A stretch of DNA of 64,000 nucleotides from Octopus vulgaris (taxonomy: Eukaryota): positions 47,802,001-47,866,000 of the forward strand of contig OX597822.1 in assembly GCA_951406725.2 (NCBI GenBank), read 5' to 3'. A model generated the notes under the pieces. That model made no database searches and was not told the origin of the DNA. It saw nothing but the letters and a program-made list of their open reading frames with translations. Numbering within the stretch: the stretch's first letter is position 1; each line of letters opens with the position of its first letter. The translations under genes were made by a program, and so were the position numbers. This document shows positions 1 through 11,764 of this stretch, one piece after another.

Positions 1-124
1 TCTGAGATTTAGTCAAGGAGAGGTGTTAGCGTGTTGGTCTGACCCGATTTTAAACGATACGAGGTTTCTAATATGGAGCCGAATCTTACTATTCCCTCCA
101 CCACCACCACCACCCCCGAGAATA

Positions 125-725
125 GGAGTTTCCTGAGTGGCGCCTCGACTTGCTAGAAATGGCTACTATGTTCTTTTAGTTCTAAAGTAGTAATTAAAAA
201 ATGTGGGACACATTAAATGATGTGGTTTCTATGCCTAGAAAAATATATGGAAAGACGGTTATTGCTAAAACCCTTGAAATTCTAAATCTGCTCTCTCGGG
301 ATTAACCTGTGGCTAACAACAGCAACATTAAATTCCGCACTCTTGATGTTGTAGAAATAGCAGTCGATTCTCCGTCAAATAATATCCTACAGCCTACATA
401 AAGGAAGGACGCATTTATTTGATAATGTAGTGTTTGGGCGAAATAGGATGGTCACAAGCGAATGCTTTTCATGATATATATCTCTGATGGATCAGCACTG
501 AGTCTAAATAACAGCAAACATGAAATCCTGGCAACTCCGCCAACACTACTCCATCTTTACGAAAGAGAAAGCCTCTTATGCTACTGTCGTTCTACTTACT
601 TCACTAAAAATAGCAGCCACGTTTCCATCAAATCATTCGTATAGACTTCTTTAGAGAAAGGACTCATTGTATACATAGCTGGTAGGTCTCTAGCCCATGC
701 CCGACCTGGGGCTAAACAACAGCAA
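125..725 (-). repeat. Three head-to-tail copies of an old about 200-bp dispersed repeat (family I), abundant throughout the window
   Basis: Recurrent ctagaaatagcagcc...ggatggtcac...ggctaaacaacagcaa; its reverse complement gatttggctgctatttctagcagg recurs at about 1380, 5905, 6150, 14790, 20050, 27405, 50360 and 55370. Confidence 0.7.
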
Positions 726-969
726 TACCCAACAATTACACCATACAAAGAGTGTTTATTCATTCAATGTGGTGTAGTTGTAGTAGTAGTAGTAGTAGTA
801 GTAGTAGGTCGTCTACCAGTTTATTTGTAGAAGTGGAGCAGCCGAGAGACGTAGGTTGTGGGGGTGATTGTGTTTGTTTATTGGGTCTTTCTAGGTCGTA
901 AATTTGATTTAGGTTTTCTTGTTTTTGTTGCACTAAGACGAGTCTTTTGTGTATGGATGGAAGCGCGCG

Positions 970-1180
970 CGTATACGTACATTTATATATATATATATTA
1001 TATATATACACACACATATATATTGTGCAGATATGTGTATATATTATACATATATACACATATATTTTATATATATATATACATACATACACATATATAT
1101 ATACATACATATAATGTACAAATATTATACATTGGTATATAAATATACGTGCATGTATGTGTAAATGTGTGTGTATATGT
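970..1180. repeat. (TA)/(CA)/(TG) compound microsatellite
   Basis: Direct inspection; source of the overlapping YI-rich ORFs. Confidence 0.9.
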
Positions 1181-4100
1181 AGAGTTACTAATATCTTTGC
1201 AATCACAGTTAACGCTTTTTACAAACCAAAACAAGGCAACCCTCCTTTTCACATATTTTTGCCGTAAAAGGCCTGACTACTATTGACAGATTGTCAGCTC
1301 TGACAGAGTAAACCAACTTTTACATATAATAGGCACGTCACTTTTTACCCCCTCTTGACAGTAAGTAGTCTTAGTGAAAGTTTGGCTGCTGTTTTTAGCA
1401 GGTCAAATAACCACGTACAGGCTCTCGCCTTGGCCTTCATTATTTGGCTGCTTTGTATTTGTTCACTCCAAGTCGCCTCTGAGCAAACAAACCTGTGATC
1501 GAAAGCGTTCCAAGCCAAACCGTTTCATCTTTTTCTGTATCCGAGGGAGACACATGGTTACTATTTTGAGCATGTCGAGCGACCATGAAGAGGTCATATA
1601 GTAATAGTAGTAGTAGTAGTAGTAGAAGACGACGTCTGTGTGAATGAGTCAGTATTATTAAGTCGACTGACTGGATTTCTGTTGATCAATAAAGCTTTAT
1701 ATAATCGTTTGAAATATAATACAATGGATCACCCCACTGAATTGTGTTGGTTGGTAACGATTTGATATTAAGAGGCATATTTTATCTTTATTAAAACAGC
1801 GTACATTCTGAGTTCAAATTTCGCCGAGATAAACTTCATCTCTTTTGGGGGTCGATAAAATACATTATCGATCAAGTGTTGTGGTTAATGTCATTGAGTT
1901 ACCCACTCCCTTCAGTATTGGTGGATTTGAACTTAATTAAAAACTTTTATTTGTTGTCAAAATGGGTAAAATAAGCACATGAACATAAGCTTTCAGTTTA
2001 TAATTTTTTTTGTCTCAATTTAATAAAGATCTTTAAAAGAAGCGATTACTATTTCTATTATTATTGCTAGAGTGCAAAATAAAATAGAATTAATGAATTG
2101 AAGAAAAGCTAATAGTAAATAGGAGAGAGTACATTTGTAACGTATCTCCCCAGGACTTATCCGAAGATATGTGGAGCTGCCAAACTTGCGACCATTTACC
2201 TATTTTCATCCAATTCTTTATTTCATCTTATTCGCTGCGAAGCTTTTCTGTTTTATTTACTCCTGAAATATTTCAAAGTAACTTCCTCCTAATCGTTAAA
2301 AAGGTCCATTATTAATCTATTTTAAAGATTTCTTTTTTATCGATAATTCTAAATAAATATTATGTTTTTGCGAAGTCAATGCTATTAAAAGATTGTTTTC
2401 TTCTGTTTATTCGTTGCCTATATTAAGTTTTCTTTCTGAAAATTTTTTCAAGAACAGTCGCTAGCAATAACTTCCTTTACCGTGAAGGTCACTTCCGGAT
2501 CACCCCTCCACTGATGATATTATAGAAGATATAAAGCATGCTAGTTTGACCTGACACAATAATACTTATAAATATATTACTTTTTACTACAAATCAAGCG
2601 AAGCCCTTACAACCACATATTCACCTTGTATAGATATGTTTATATAGCGACTAAGAAGAGTGTAGCCTTTTTAAATGGTCGTCTGTTTGGTATGTATTGT
2701 TTCTGAATATATATATATTTTTTTTTTCTCGTTGCCCAACTTCACCCCGCCATGCACTTTGAATATATATACATATATATATGTATGTATAAACTATGTT
2801 TGTAATTATACATGGATATAAAGGGATAAATAGATATTGATAGATTATTTTTCGGGAGTGGGGCTGGCCTTTTTCTTTTTTTTACATACTACTTGAACAG
2901 GGACTCTTCTTTTTTGAACGACCGACATTTCATTTATATTGAGATACATACACGATGTTCGGCTTTATGATACCATCGAGGACAGGAGTGGAAATCAATT
3001 ATTATTATTATGAAAAAAAACAAACTAACTTAAGTCTCTTTGTATCGCGTGTGTATACATAAACGAGCGCGTTTATATATATTTATAAACATACACACAC
3101 GCACATTCACTTAAAGATACGCTTGCACATACATTTATATAGCTGTGTGTCTACGCGCCTATGTTTATGTGGAGGGTATCGTTGGTAGTTTTGGATCCAG
3201 GGCATCAATATTTGTGTTTGTAATTCTCTACTTGACGCCACGTGGGGTTGTCAATAGTAAAATCGAAATAGTATGTGTGTATGTGCGCGCGCACAAACAC
3301 ATATCTGCAGATCCATATATTTATATATATAATATATAGCTGGCAAACACTGGAGCACAGGAGTAAAAATGCCTGAGCAGTACGAGTTCAAGTTTCAGTG
3401 TTTGTGTAGTGGAAGGTGAAAAGAAAAAAAAATATAAAGCCCTACGTCTACTGTTTATTGTGGACTTGTAAAATAGACCACTGTCCTATCTATTATATGC
3501 TGATGTTGGTTTTAATCCACAAGGATCTTATAACTTTTGTGCCGGTGTAAGCAATCGGCTACTCCGATCTCTTATTTCTGTGGTCTTCTGCTGGTTAAGT
3601 TGACATCGTTAAAATGTTCGCCTGCCTAGCTATATTTAGTTGTTTCTTTACACTCTGAATTCAAATAGTACCGGTGTTGCTTTGCTTTAGATTCTTCTCA
3701 GGCCGATAAAATTAAAAATACCATTCATATACTAGGGTAGGATTTAGGCAACTACGCTCCATTCCAGAATATGTGGTCTGTACTGATTATACTAGTCATC
3801 ATTATCCTAATGGGTGCAATCTAAATTTGAACCCAAATCGTCAGAGATTCAGGGGTTGTAGTTACTTTATTTGTTAGCCTTTTGTTAAAATTTGTTTATA
3901 TTTCTTTATATTGCCCTCATAATAGGTCTTGAAGCGTCATACCTCAATCGCATTGTTTAGTCTTTCAGCTTACGTTTTTTTGTTGTGTTTTTATTGTTTA
4001 ACCGAAGTCTAACCGTAGTTAAAGCCGTGGCTTAATTAGAGAAAAGAATCAGTTGTTTAGCTTGTACTACCAGTGTTTTATGATACAAATTGATCCCAAA

Positions 4101-4710
4101 ACCCTGTTTTCGGCGTATGATGGATAATGCTGTAATAGATAAACACACTAGAGTTGTTAGTGTATGTGTTGTAGATGTTAATTTGAAGACTTCATACAAC
4201 AGCTACGAAGTAATATGAATGTTAGCTTCGGTATTTTGTATGTAGAATGAAATTTATTAACATCAGATCCAGTATGTTAGAGGCAGAATCGTTAGAGCGT
4301 CTGAAACAATTGCTTTGCGGTATTTCTTCCGGCTCCTTACGTTCTGGGTTCGAATTCCATTGAAGATAGCTTTGTCTTTCATTTCCTCCCTGGCTGGGAT
4401 CGATAACAAAGTACCAATCAAGTACTAGAGTCAAAGTTATTGATTTACCTCATCCCCTCACAAGTGTTGGTCTTTTGCCTTAATTAGAAACATTTGTTTT
4501 TGTTTTTTTGTCGTTGTTTTGGGGATCGATAAAATAAAGTACCAGTCAAGTACTGGGGTTGTTGTAATCGACTTTGCTTTTCGTCCATTCGGGGTCGATA
4601 AAAAGTACCAGTTGATCTGACTGGGGTCGATGTAATCGACCCACCTCTTCTCTCGAAATTGATGGTCCTGTGCAAAAATTTCAAATCATCGTTATTATTG
4701 TTCTTGTTAT

Positions 4711-4933
4711 GGTGGCGAGCTGGCAGAAACGTTAGCACGCCGGGCGAAATGCTTAGCGGTATTTCGTCTGCTGTTTACGTTGTGAGTTCAAATTCCGCCG
4801 AGGTCGACTTTGCCTTTCATCCTTTCGGGGTCGACAAATTAAGTACCAGTTACTCACTGGGGTCGATGCAATCGACTTAATCCGTTTGTCTGTCCTTGTT
4901 TGCCCCCTCTGTGTTAAGTGGGCAATAAAGAAA
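4711..4933 (+). mobile_element. tRNA-derived SINE family A, near full-length; many further copies (4280-4480, 4935-5110, 11160-11300, 11515-11640, 19060-19430, 20410-20550, 22915-23115, 26600-26712)
   Basis: Recurrent ggcggcgagctggcagaa..gttagcacgccgggcgaaatgc...gagttcaaattccgccgaggtcgactttgcctttcatcctttcggggtcgataaa; B-box-like gagttcaaattcc. Confidence 0.85.
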
Positions 4934-5754
4934 CAAGAATCGTTAGCACGGCGGAGAAAATGCTTAGTGGCATTTCGTCCCACCTTTACGTTCAGACTTC
5001 AAATTCCGCCGAGGTCAGCTTTGCCTTTCAGTATTTCGGGGACACCGAAATAAGTACCAGTTGATAAGTGGGGGTCGACTTATTTCTCCCCGCAAAATTG
5101 CAAGCTTTGTATCTATGTTAAATTTTCAGTATCGATGTGCCTTGTAGTAATTTAGTTACGCCCTTGTGCGATCTGAGTTCACTTCCTGTCAGAGTTAACT
5201 TTACCATTCACTTTTCCTAGTGCCGATAAAATAGTTCCATTCAGTTATTTGGATCAGTACAATCGAAACTTCTTTCCAATCAGCTCAAATTTCTAGTTTT
5301 GTACCTTCATTAGCGATTACCACATTTAGGGCATTGTAGTTGGCAGTCATTAAATTTTGCGTCCCATACACAATTTAACGAAACAAGATAGAGATAAATA
5401 AAATGTTTGTTCTATTTAGCATAACCTAGATAGGTTATACTAATAATTCTGTGTATGTGTGTTGTCAAAAAATTAGTCAATGTTTTGTCCCACACCCAGC
5501 TCAGCTCCGAGTGAATGTATACACATACATTTGTGTTTGTGTGTGTGTGAGAGAGAGAGAGTTGTCTAAGAGTCCATAAGTCAGGAAAAATGTACTTGTA
5601 TATCTATCGATAGAGTGTATATTAATCGAAGTGTATAGTATTATATATCCATTACTGCCAATCTTACCAATCGCTTCTCCTAGCGCCAAAGCGATTGGTA
5701 AGATCGGTAGTAATGGATATATATAATGCTGTATGCTTCGATTAATATATATAC

Positions 5755-5790
<36 letters not shown>

Positions 5791-6961
5791 ATATAATTTT
5801 TGGATTGAAGCAGTACAGCCATGACTATCTTTTCTTTCATTGTGGCATTGCATATCCAGGACTTTTTTTTTTCCCCCTTTCATAATGATGGATGTGATCT
5901 GAAAGAGATTTGGCTGCTATTTCTAGCTAGGCGAGCTAATAAACCTATTGTTTTGGTTGATGCGCGTGGCACAACATCTACAATGTGCACAGTAGTTGGA
6001 TCATCCTTGATCCAGTATAAACTTTAAGGGCGTTTTAGTCGTGACTATCCCGTATATATTCTCGAGACGTGAGTTTCGAGAACTTACACTGTGCAACATT
6101 ATTATTATTATTATCATCATTTTTAATGACAGTTAGGGTGCGATTTGAGGGAGATCTGTTTGTTATTTCTAGCAGGCTGTGCTCCAGCATAGGAACTTAC
6201 ATGTACTAACTTACCGGCCCGTCTCAATCGATGTTGCATTCTGTGTGATTGGGGTCGGGGTGGAAATAAAAAAAAAAAACAAACGTTGAATGGCATACTT
6301 AATGTGTCACACGAAATGAATTCAGGTCTTTACTGAGATCAAATCGTGTTGGGAATCGATTTTCTCTGCCCTCTCACCCTCCATCCCTTTGTGGATCTTA
6401 TGAAATAAAAACAGGCACGCCTCAACAAAGTCGGTCATTAGCTCCAAATCGTTACTTAACTCGAGAAACGACGTAACACGAAAAATCATTTTTCTATTTA
6501 CACATTTTCACATGTAATTTTGATTATTAAATACTTATTTAAAAAAAAAAATGCTTGCTGAGACCGACGTAGATTTGATAAATCGACTAAAGTTGAGGTT
6601 TATTTTTTTTACCAATTATTTCTTTAGAAAAAAGAAACGACGTAAGTTGAGGTATGTCTGTACCAGTCTTTTACTGTAACTTTTAAGTAATTCATTACAA
6701 TTCCGTAACTCCGAGAAAAAGAAAAGAAAAAGTATTTTTCTTATGTCAAATTTAAGTATTCAAGTCAACGAAGTCAACTTGCTATATTTCTTTGACAGTC
6801 GGCGGAAGATTTTTTTTTTTCTGCGTTACAGTTAGCTAATTCTGTTGGGGGAGTTTTTTTGGGTGTGACCGACTTTCAGTATCAGTCAATAGATTTAACG
6901 TTTGGGCGTAAAGGGATGTAACTCGAGCACCAAACTCTACGGCCGTTTGGAATTCCGTGGG

Positions 6962-7005
<44 letters not shown>

Positions 7006-7020
7006 ATACACAGACACACA

Positions 7021-7233
7021 CAGGGTTGGCCAAAAGTCACCTGACTTCTGGCCAACCGCATTTAATTCCAAAATTAAAACAAGAAATTATTTTATGAGAT
7101 TTCGCAAATAAAAAGACAAATGTTGAAAAAAAAATAGTGATTTTTAAATCAAACATTCATAATTGGAATGATTAAATAAAATTGAGTATTTATGGAATTT
7201 TTATTAACTGTCGGTTGACTTTGGCCAACCATG
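7021..7233. mobile_element. Tc1/mariner-type MITE
   Basis: About 24-bp imperfect TIRs cagggttggccaaaagtcacctgac / gtcggttgactttggccaaccatg, AT-rich interior, sits in a TA/CA microsatellite. Confidence 0.75.
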
Positions 7234-8358
7234 TGATATATATATATATATCCTCTTAGATGAAGTAAGACATTTAATAGAAAATGTAGAATTTTGTGGC
7301 GTTTTCTTTTTGCTTTTATAAGGTAAAATATAAAAATTTAAGTGCCAATCTGGTGCTGGGATCAATATCAATTGGCTTTCAATCTCTGGTCTTGCGCCTG
7401 TATTAGAAACCACCTCTCGATTTCTCGCAGCGAAGAGGAAACAGAAAACCCAGACAGTTATTAGAAACTCTTGATTAACGTAATTGGGTTGAGCTCACAA
7501 CAATACAAGTTAAATACTGTGCTGGGTTGTATTTAGACCATACGAAAGTTATTTTACGTAGCACCTTTATGAAAAAGACCGCAAATTTGCAATCTGTTGA
7601 GTGCCGAATGAAATGCCTCGCTGTAATTGTTTCCACTATCTGCTTACTGAGCTCAATCCAACCTTTCATCCTCTTGGGGGTAAGAGAAAGGTTAACACAC
7701 GTGGTGTTGGATTGGTGGCGTTGTAAGAATGTCGGACCGGATGTCTACCAGTATTCGTTCCCATTTTTTGAGTTCTGAGTTCAAATAGCCCGTGTGGTTG
7801 GTATATTTAACGGCACCATCTTGCACCTTCGGTGCCTTTATTAGATTCCCGTCTGTTGCAAGCATTTAGACAAGGTCTCGAGTTTGAGGAAAGTTACTTG
7901 CCACTCGTCACGGAGTAAAGGATTATGACCACCGCCTTTCCGCCAAATCCATCCATCCATTTTTCTGCCCTCTATTTCTAGTAGGATCAGGTATCTCCTC
8001 CGTATGACCCCTATCGGAGGGAACCTTCAGTACACGTTACTGCTGGATTCCCAAGCGCGAACAACAAGGACATAAATAATAATTCTTTCTAATTTTGGAA
8101 GGAGGAGGGCAAGTCGAAATACATTGACGCCAGTTCTTGGCTGGTACTAATTTTATTGACCCCAAAAAGATAAGCAAAGTTGATGTCAGCAGAATTTGAA
8201 CTAACTCAGAGAGAGAAAACAGGTAAACATAAAAGGACAACTATCACTTTCACCTAGGATCATTCTTAAAGAGCGTTTTTTTTTGTATACATTTCCTCGT
8301 TAGACCGGAAATCAGTCGAAAGTAATTCTACAATATGTTCTAACAATTCCTCGCCGCC

Positions 8359-8396
<38 letters not shown>

Positions 8397-8408
8397 TAAT
8401 AATAATAG

Positions 8409-8750
8409 CAAGAGCAATCAGAAAGCGCAAACCTCTGCCAAGGCAACACCAACGTCCTCTCAACGATTAGCCAGAAATGATTTTTAAAATGAGAATATCT
8501 GAAATAAAACTCGACTACTCTCACAAATGAGAATACTAAACATGAATCCAACCGCTCTCAATCCAGAATCTCTGTCTGGTACCGGATTGATCCTAAAATC
8601 TAATCAGTTCGTACCAGTCACGAGGCCAAACATCCATGAAAGTTTCATCCGAATCTATCCAGCGGTTCTTGAGATATCTTGTCCACAGGCAAACAAACAA
8701 ACAAACACGACTGAAAACAATACCTACGCCTTAGCGAAGGCGGGGGGTAA
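8409..8750 (+). mobile_element. Helentron-associated (DINE-1/HINE-like) non-autonomous element, copy 1
   Basis: Subterminal acctctgccaaggc, (CAAA)n, 3' hairpin cct(a/c)cgccttagcgaaggcgg followed by gtaa; inserted in (TAA)n. Confidence 0.65.
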
Positions 8751-10422
8751 TAATAATTTGGGGAAAGAGATTAGTTCGCTAACCATTATAGGCGGTTAAA
8801 AGATTTTTTTTTTCTGGACTCTAGTTTGATACCGGATCCAGTTTTGAACGTAGTTTCGGGTCGAAGTCATTTTCGATTATTTAAAGAATAGAAATGTCTG
8901 ATAACGACAATTCTTGTAATAATCAATGTAGGTATTTGGTTAAGAAGTCGGATGCGTTGAGTTAGGGCATTTTACATACAAAAATGATAGAATTTATAAC
9001 TAATTAGTTAGTCGCATCCCCCCTCCAAATCACTCCAGCTGACCGTAGAGAACAAAAAAAATTTTCTTCTGCCGCCAAAGAAAATAATACTGATGCAAAT
9101 GCCTTTTATTGAGTTACGTCCCTTAGTGTTCGGAGATCAAATCTTTCTATACTTGTCACCTTTCCTGGGGTTTGTAAAATAAATACCAGTAATTTACTGA
9201 GATTTGCCCTGGATTTTGTTTGTCTGTTAGAAAAGTTTATCATTAGGAGGTCGGACTAAATGTGTTGTGATATTTCTTCTGTCACTGCGTTTAAGTTCAA
9301 TTTTGCTTTTCATTTTTTCGGCGTCGAATCTCCTGTCCAGCCTAGTGGTTTAAATCTCACCAAAGTCAACTTCACTCTTCACCCCTTCAAAGTCGATGAA
9401 ATTATAGTACCAGTGAAGTATTGAGATTGATTTAATGTGGCTTTGTGCCAGATTGAATTTGTACCAGTCGGTTGCACGATACAAACTTCCTCTTTTAAAA
9501 TTGTCTAAATTAAAAAATCTTCCTCCAAAATTTCAATTTAATGTTTCAAACACCATCTTAATAACGAAGTTATTTTATTAAATAATTCGTTTGTTTTCTA
9601 ACTGTATTGAAACAATGTAAACCAACAGTGTCATATCGAAGAGGAGATATATCAAAGTCGAGTCTTTGCTGTGCTGTTCACTACTGTTGCCCCCCCCTCT
9701 CTCTCTTACTTTCTTTGTAAGTGTGTGTGTGTGTAATAAATAAATACTCAAGTCGATTTAATCGACAAATACTCCTTTGACTATTATGAATTTTTGTATT
9801 TTGTACTCGTAACTGTTCCCAACAACTTGGGATTTTATGGCCGGTAATAAAAAAGCAACAAAAATATCATTATTACTACTATGGTAGCAGTTTTTAAAAA
9901 AAATTATGTCCGTGCTTTAGTCAAGTACATATAATGTGCGCGTGCATTAATATACATGAGCGAGGTTTTAAGCTCGTCGACAGAAGCCTCTATTTTGTAG
10001 TCGTTATTGTTTGTCGTCACTGCTGCTACTGCAGATCGAGGGAACACCCTTACCCCCTTCTACCTCGATCGTATCTTACATACTAGAGTAAGAGTAATGT
10101 AACATATGCACACACACACACATACCCTCACCACTGCATACGGCAGACATGTGTGAACATAGTTTTATTGCTGACCGAATTTAAACTAACAAGAGTTCGG
10201 TCTCAGCTGTGTATGTGTGAGAGACAGAGAGAGAGAGAGAGAAAGAGAGTTATGTATCTTCCTGTGATAAAAAAAAATATCTAAGATCGAAAATGCATTT
10301 TTACTATTTTGTAAGTTGGGGGTGGTGACGGCTAATTTTTTTTTATATATAAGTGTTAGATAAGAACGAGTGTCTTTACTGGTTGTTTAAAATTGGTTTG
10401 CTTTTTCTTTTTAAGCGTTGTG

Positions 10423-10477
<55 letters not shown>

Positions 10478-10478
<1 letters not shown>

Positions 10479-10676
10479 ACCGCGTGTATATTGTTGGCGA
10501 TTTTCTTTCTCCGTCTTCCCTTCCTTAGACCTTTCCTTTTTCTATGTTTCTGACGAAGAGCTCCGCTCGAAACGTTAGATCCTTCTTTCTTTCCTTTCCT
10601 GAGCGCCCAATAACACTATACTTGTTCCACGTCCTCGCGTTGTTGCGCTTTCCCTTTGTTCATGTTTGGATTAACT

Positions 10677-10678
<2 letters not shown>
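10478..10678 (+). mobile_element. About 200-bp pyrimidine-rich hammerhead-bearing element embedded in TA microsatellites (Penelope pLTR-like)
   Basis: Unique segment bounded by (TA)n(TG)n on the left and (TA)n(CA)n on the right, with the hammerhead in its centre. Confidence 0.6.
10546..10580 (+). ncRNA. Minimal type I hammerhead ribozyme with intact core
   Basis: gttt CTGACGA a gagc tcc gctc GAAA cg TT agat: CUGANGA and GAAA boxes, 4-bp stem II, palindromic ACGT stem III, stem I gttt/agat with wobbles. Confidence 0.72.
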
Positions 10679-10708
<30 letters not shown>

Positions 10709-10800
10709 CGTGTTTTTTTTATCATAATTTCCCATTAAACTGAAGGATCACTCAGTATCTATTAGAGTACAAATTTATTATTCTCTAACAAGAATAGTAT

Positions 10801-10850
10801 TAACAGTAACTTCGAAGTTTCGGCCACCTATAACCCATCATCGGACTTAA
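10801..10850 (-). ncRNA. Degenerate hammerhead-like motif (U4C)
   Basis: Minus strand: taagt CCGATGA tg ggtta tagg tggcc GAAA cttcgaag TT act; perfect palindrome AACTTCGAAGTT forms stem III. Confidence 0.45.
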
Positions 10851-11699
10851 CCCAGCCATGGCCATTCTGTTTTTTATCATCGTTATTAAGCCAATGTAGA
10901 ATACGTTCATGCTCAAGCAGTTTTTGAAACAGATGTTCCAGTCGTGACCATCCAGTTTATTATATAACAGGAAGTATTAAAGCGTCGAAAAAGATCTGTG
11001 GTTATTTCTTCCAATTCACTTACATTCTGACGAGATTCCTTTCGGTGTCGATAAAACGGGTACCGGTTGAGCTCTTGGATGAATGGAATCGACTTCTACT
11101 TCCTCTCAAAATTGCTGGCCTCGTATCAAAAATCAGAAAGAATCATTATTATTCTAATTAAGGCGGCGACCTGGCAGATTGGTCAGCTCGCTGGACGAAA
11201 TGCTTAGATCGATTTTGTCTTTCATCCTTTCGGGGGTCGATAAATTAAGTACTAGTGAGACACTAGGGTCGATGTAATCGACTAGTCCCCTCCCTGCAAA
11301 TTTCCAGAAAGGATTATTAAGACAGTATCCAACCCCACCACTCTGTTCTCCTTTTTAAAAGGCAATAAAGGTATTTTGTCGAGATATTACCCCCCCCCTT
11401 CTCTCACTCTCTACAATTTTAGGAAATTCTAGCGAGGCCAGCAGGAAATTAGTACAACTAAATCTGTATTTTTTTTTTTTTTTTTTTGCGGGAGAGATGT
11501 GTAGTTGATTACATCGATCGTCACCGATCCTCGAAAGGGGGGAAAAGACAAAGTCGACCTCGGCCGGATTTAAACTCAAAACGTAAAGAACCGTAAGATA
11601 TGTTGCTAAGCATTTTGCCCGGCGTGCTAACAACTCTGCGAGGTTTTTGAGCGCTGTGGCTATTGTCGATTTTTATCGATCCAGTATAGAGCCGATAAG

Positions 11700-11700
<1 letters not shown>

Positions 11701-11763
<63 letters not shown>
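11701..11763. repeat. (TTA)21 microsatellite
   Basis: Direct inspection. Confidence 0.95.

Positions 11764-11764
<1 letters not shown>

Noticed and set aside
760-1206. Minus-strand ORF ending LLLLLLQLHHIE, superficially like the MSL1 coiled-coil start LLLLQLDLIE
   Set aside because: Wrong strand for MSL1; the Leu run is a (TAG)n microsatellite, a stop follows immediately, and the rest is TA-repeat translation.
2486-2520. AGGTCA plus ACTTCCGG motif pair and a nearby CTGATGA
   Set aside because: Isolated short motifs; the CTGATGA has no stem II or GAAA partner, so it is not a hammerhead.
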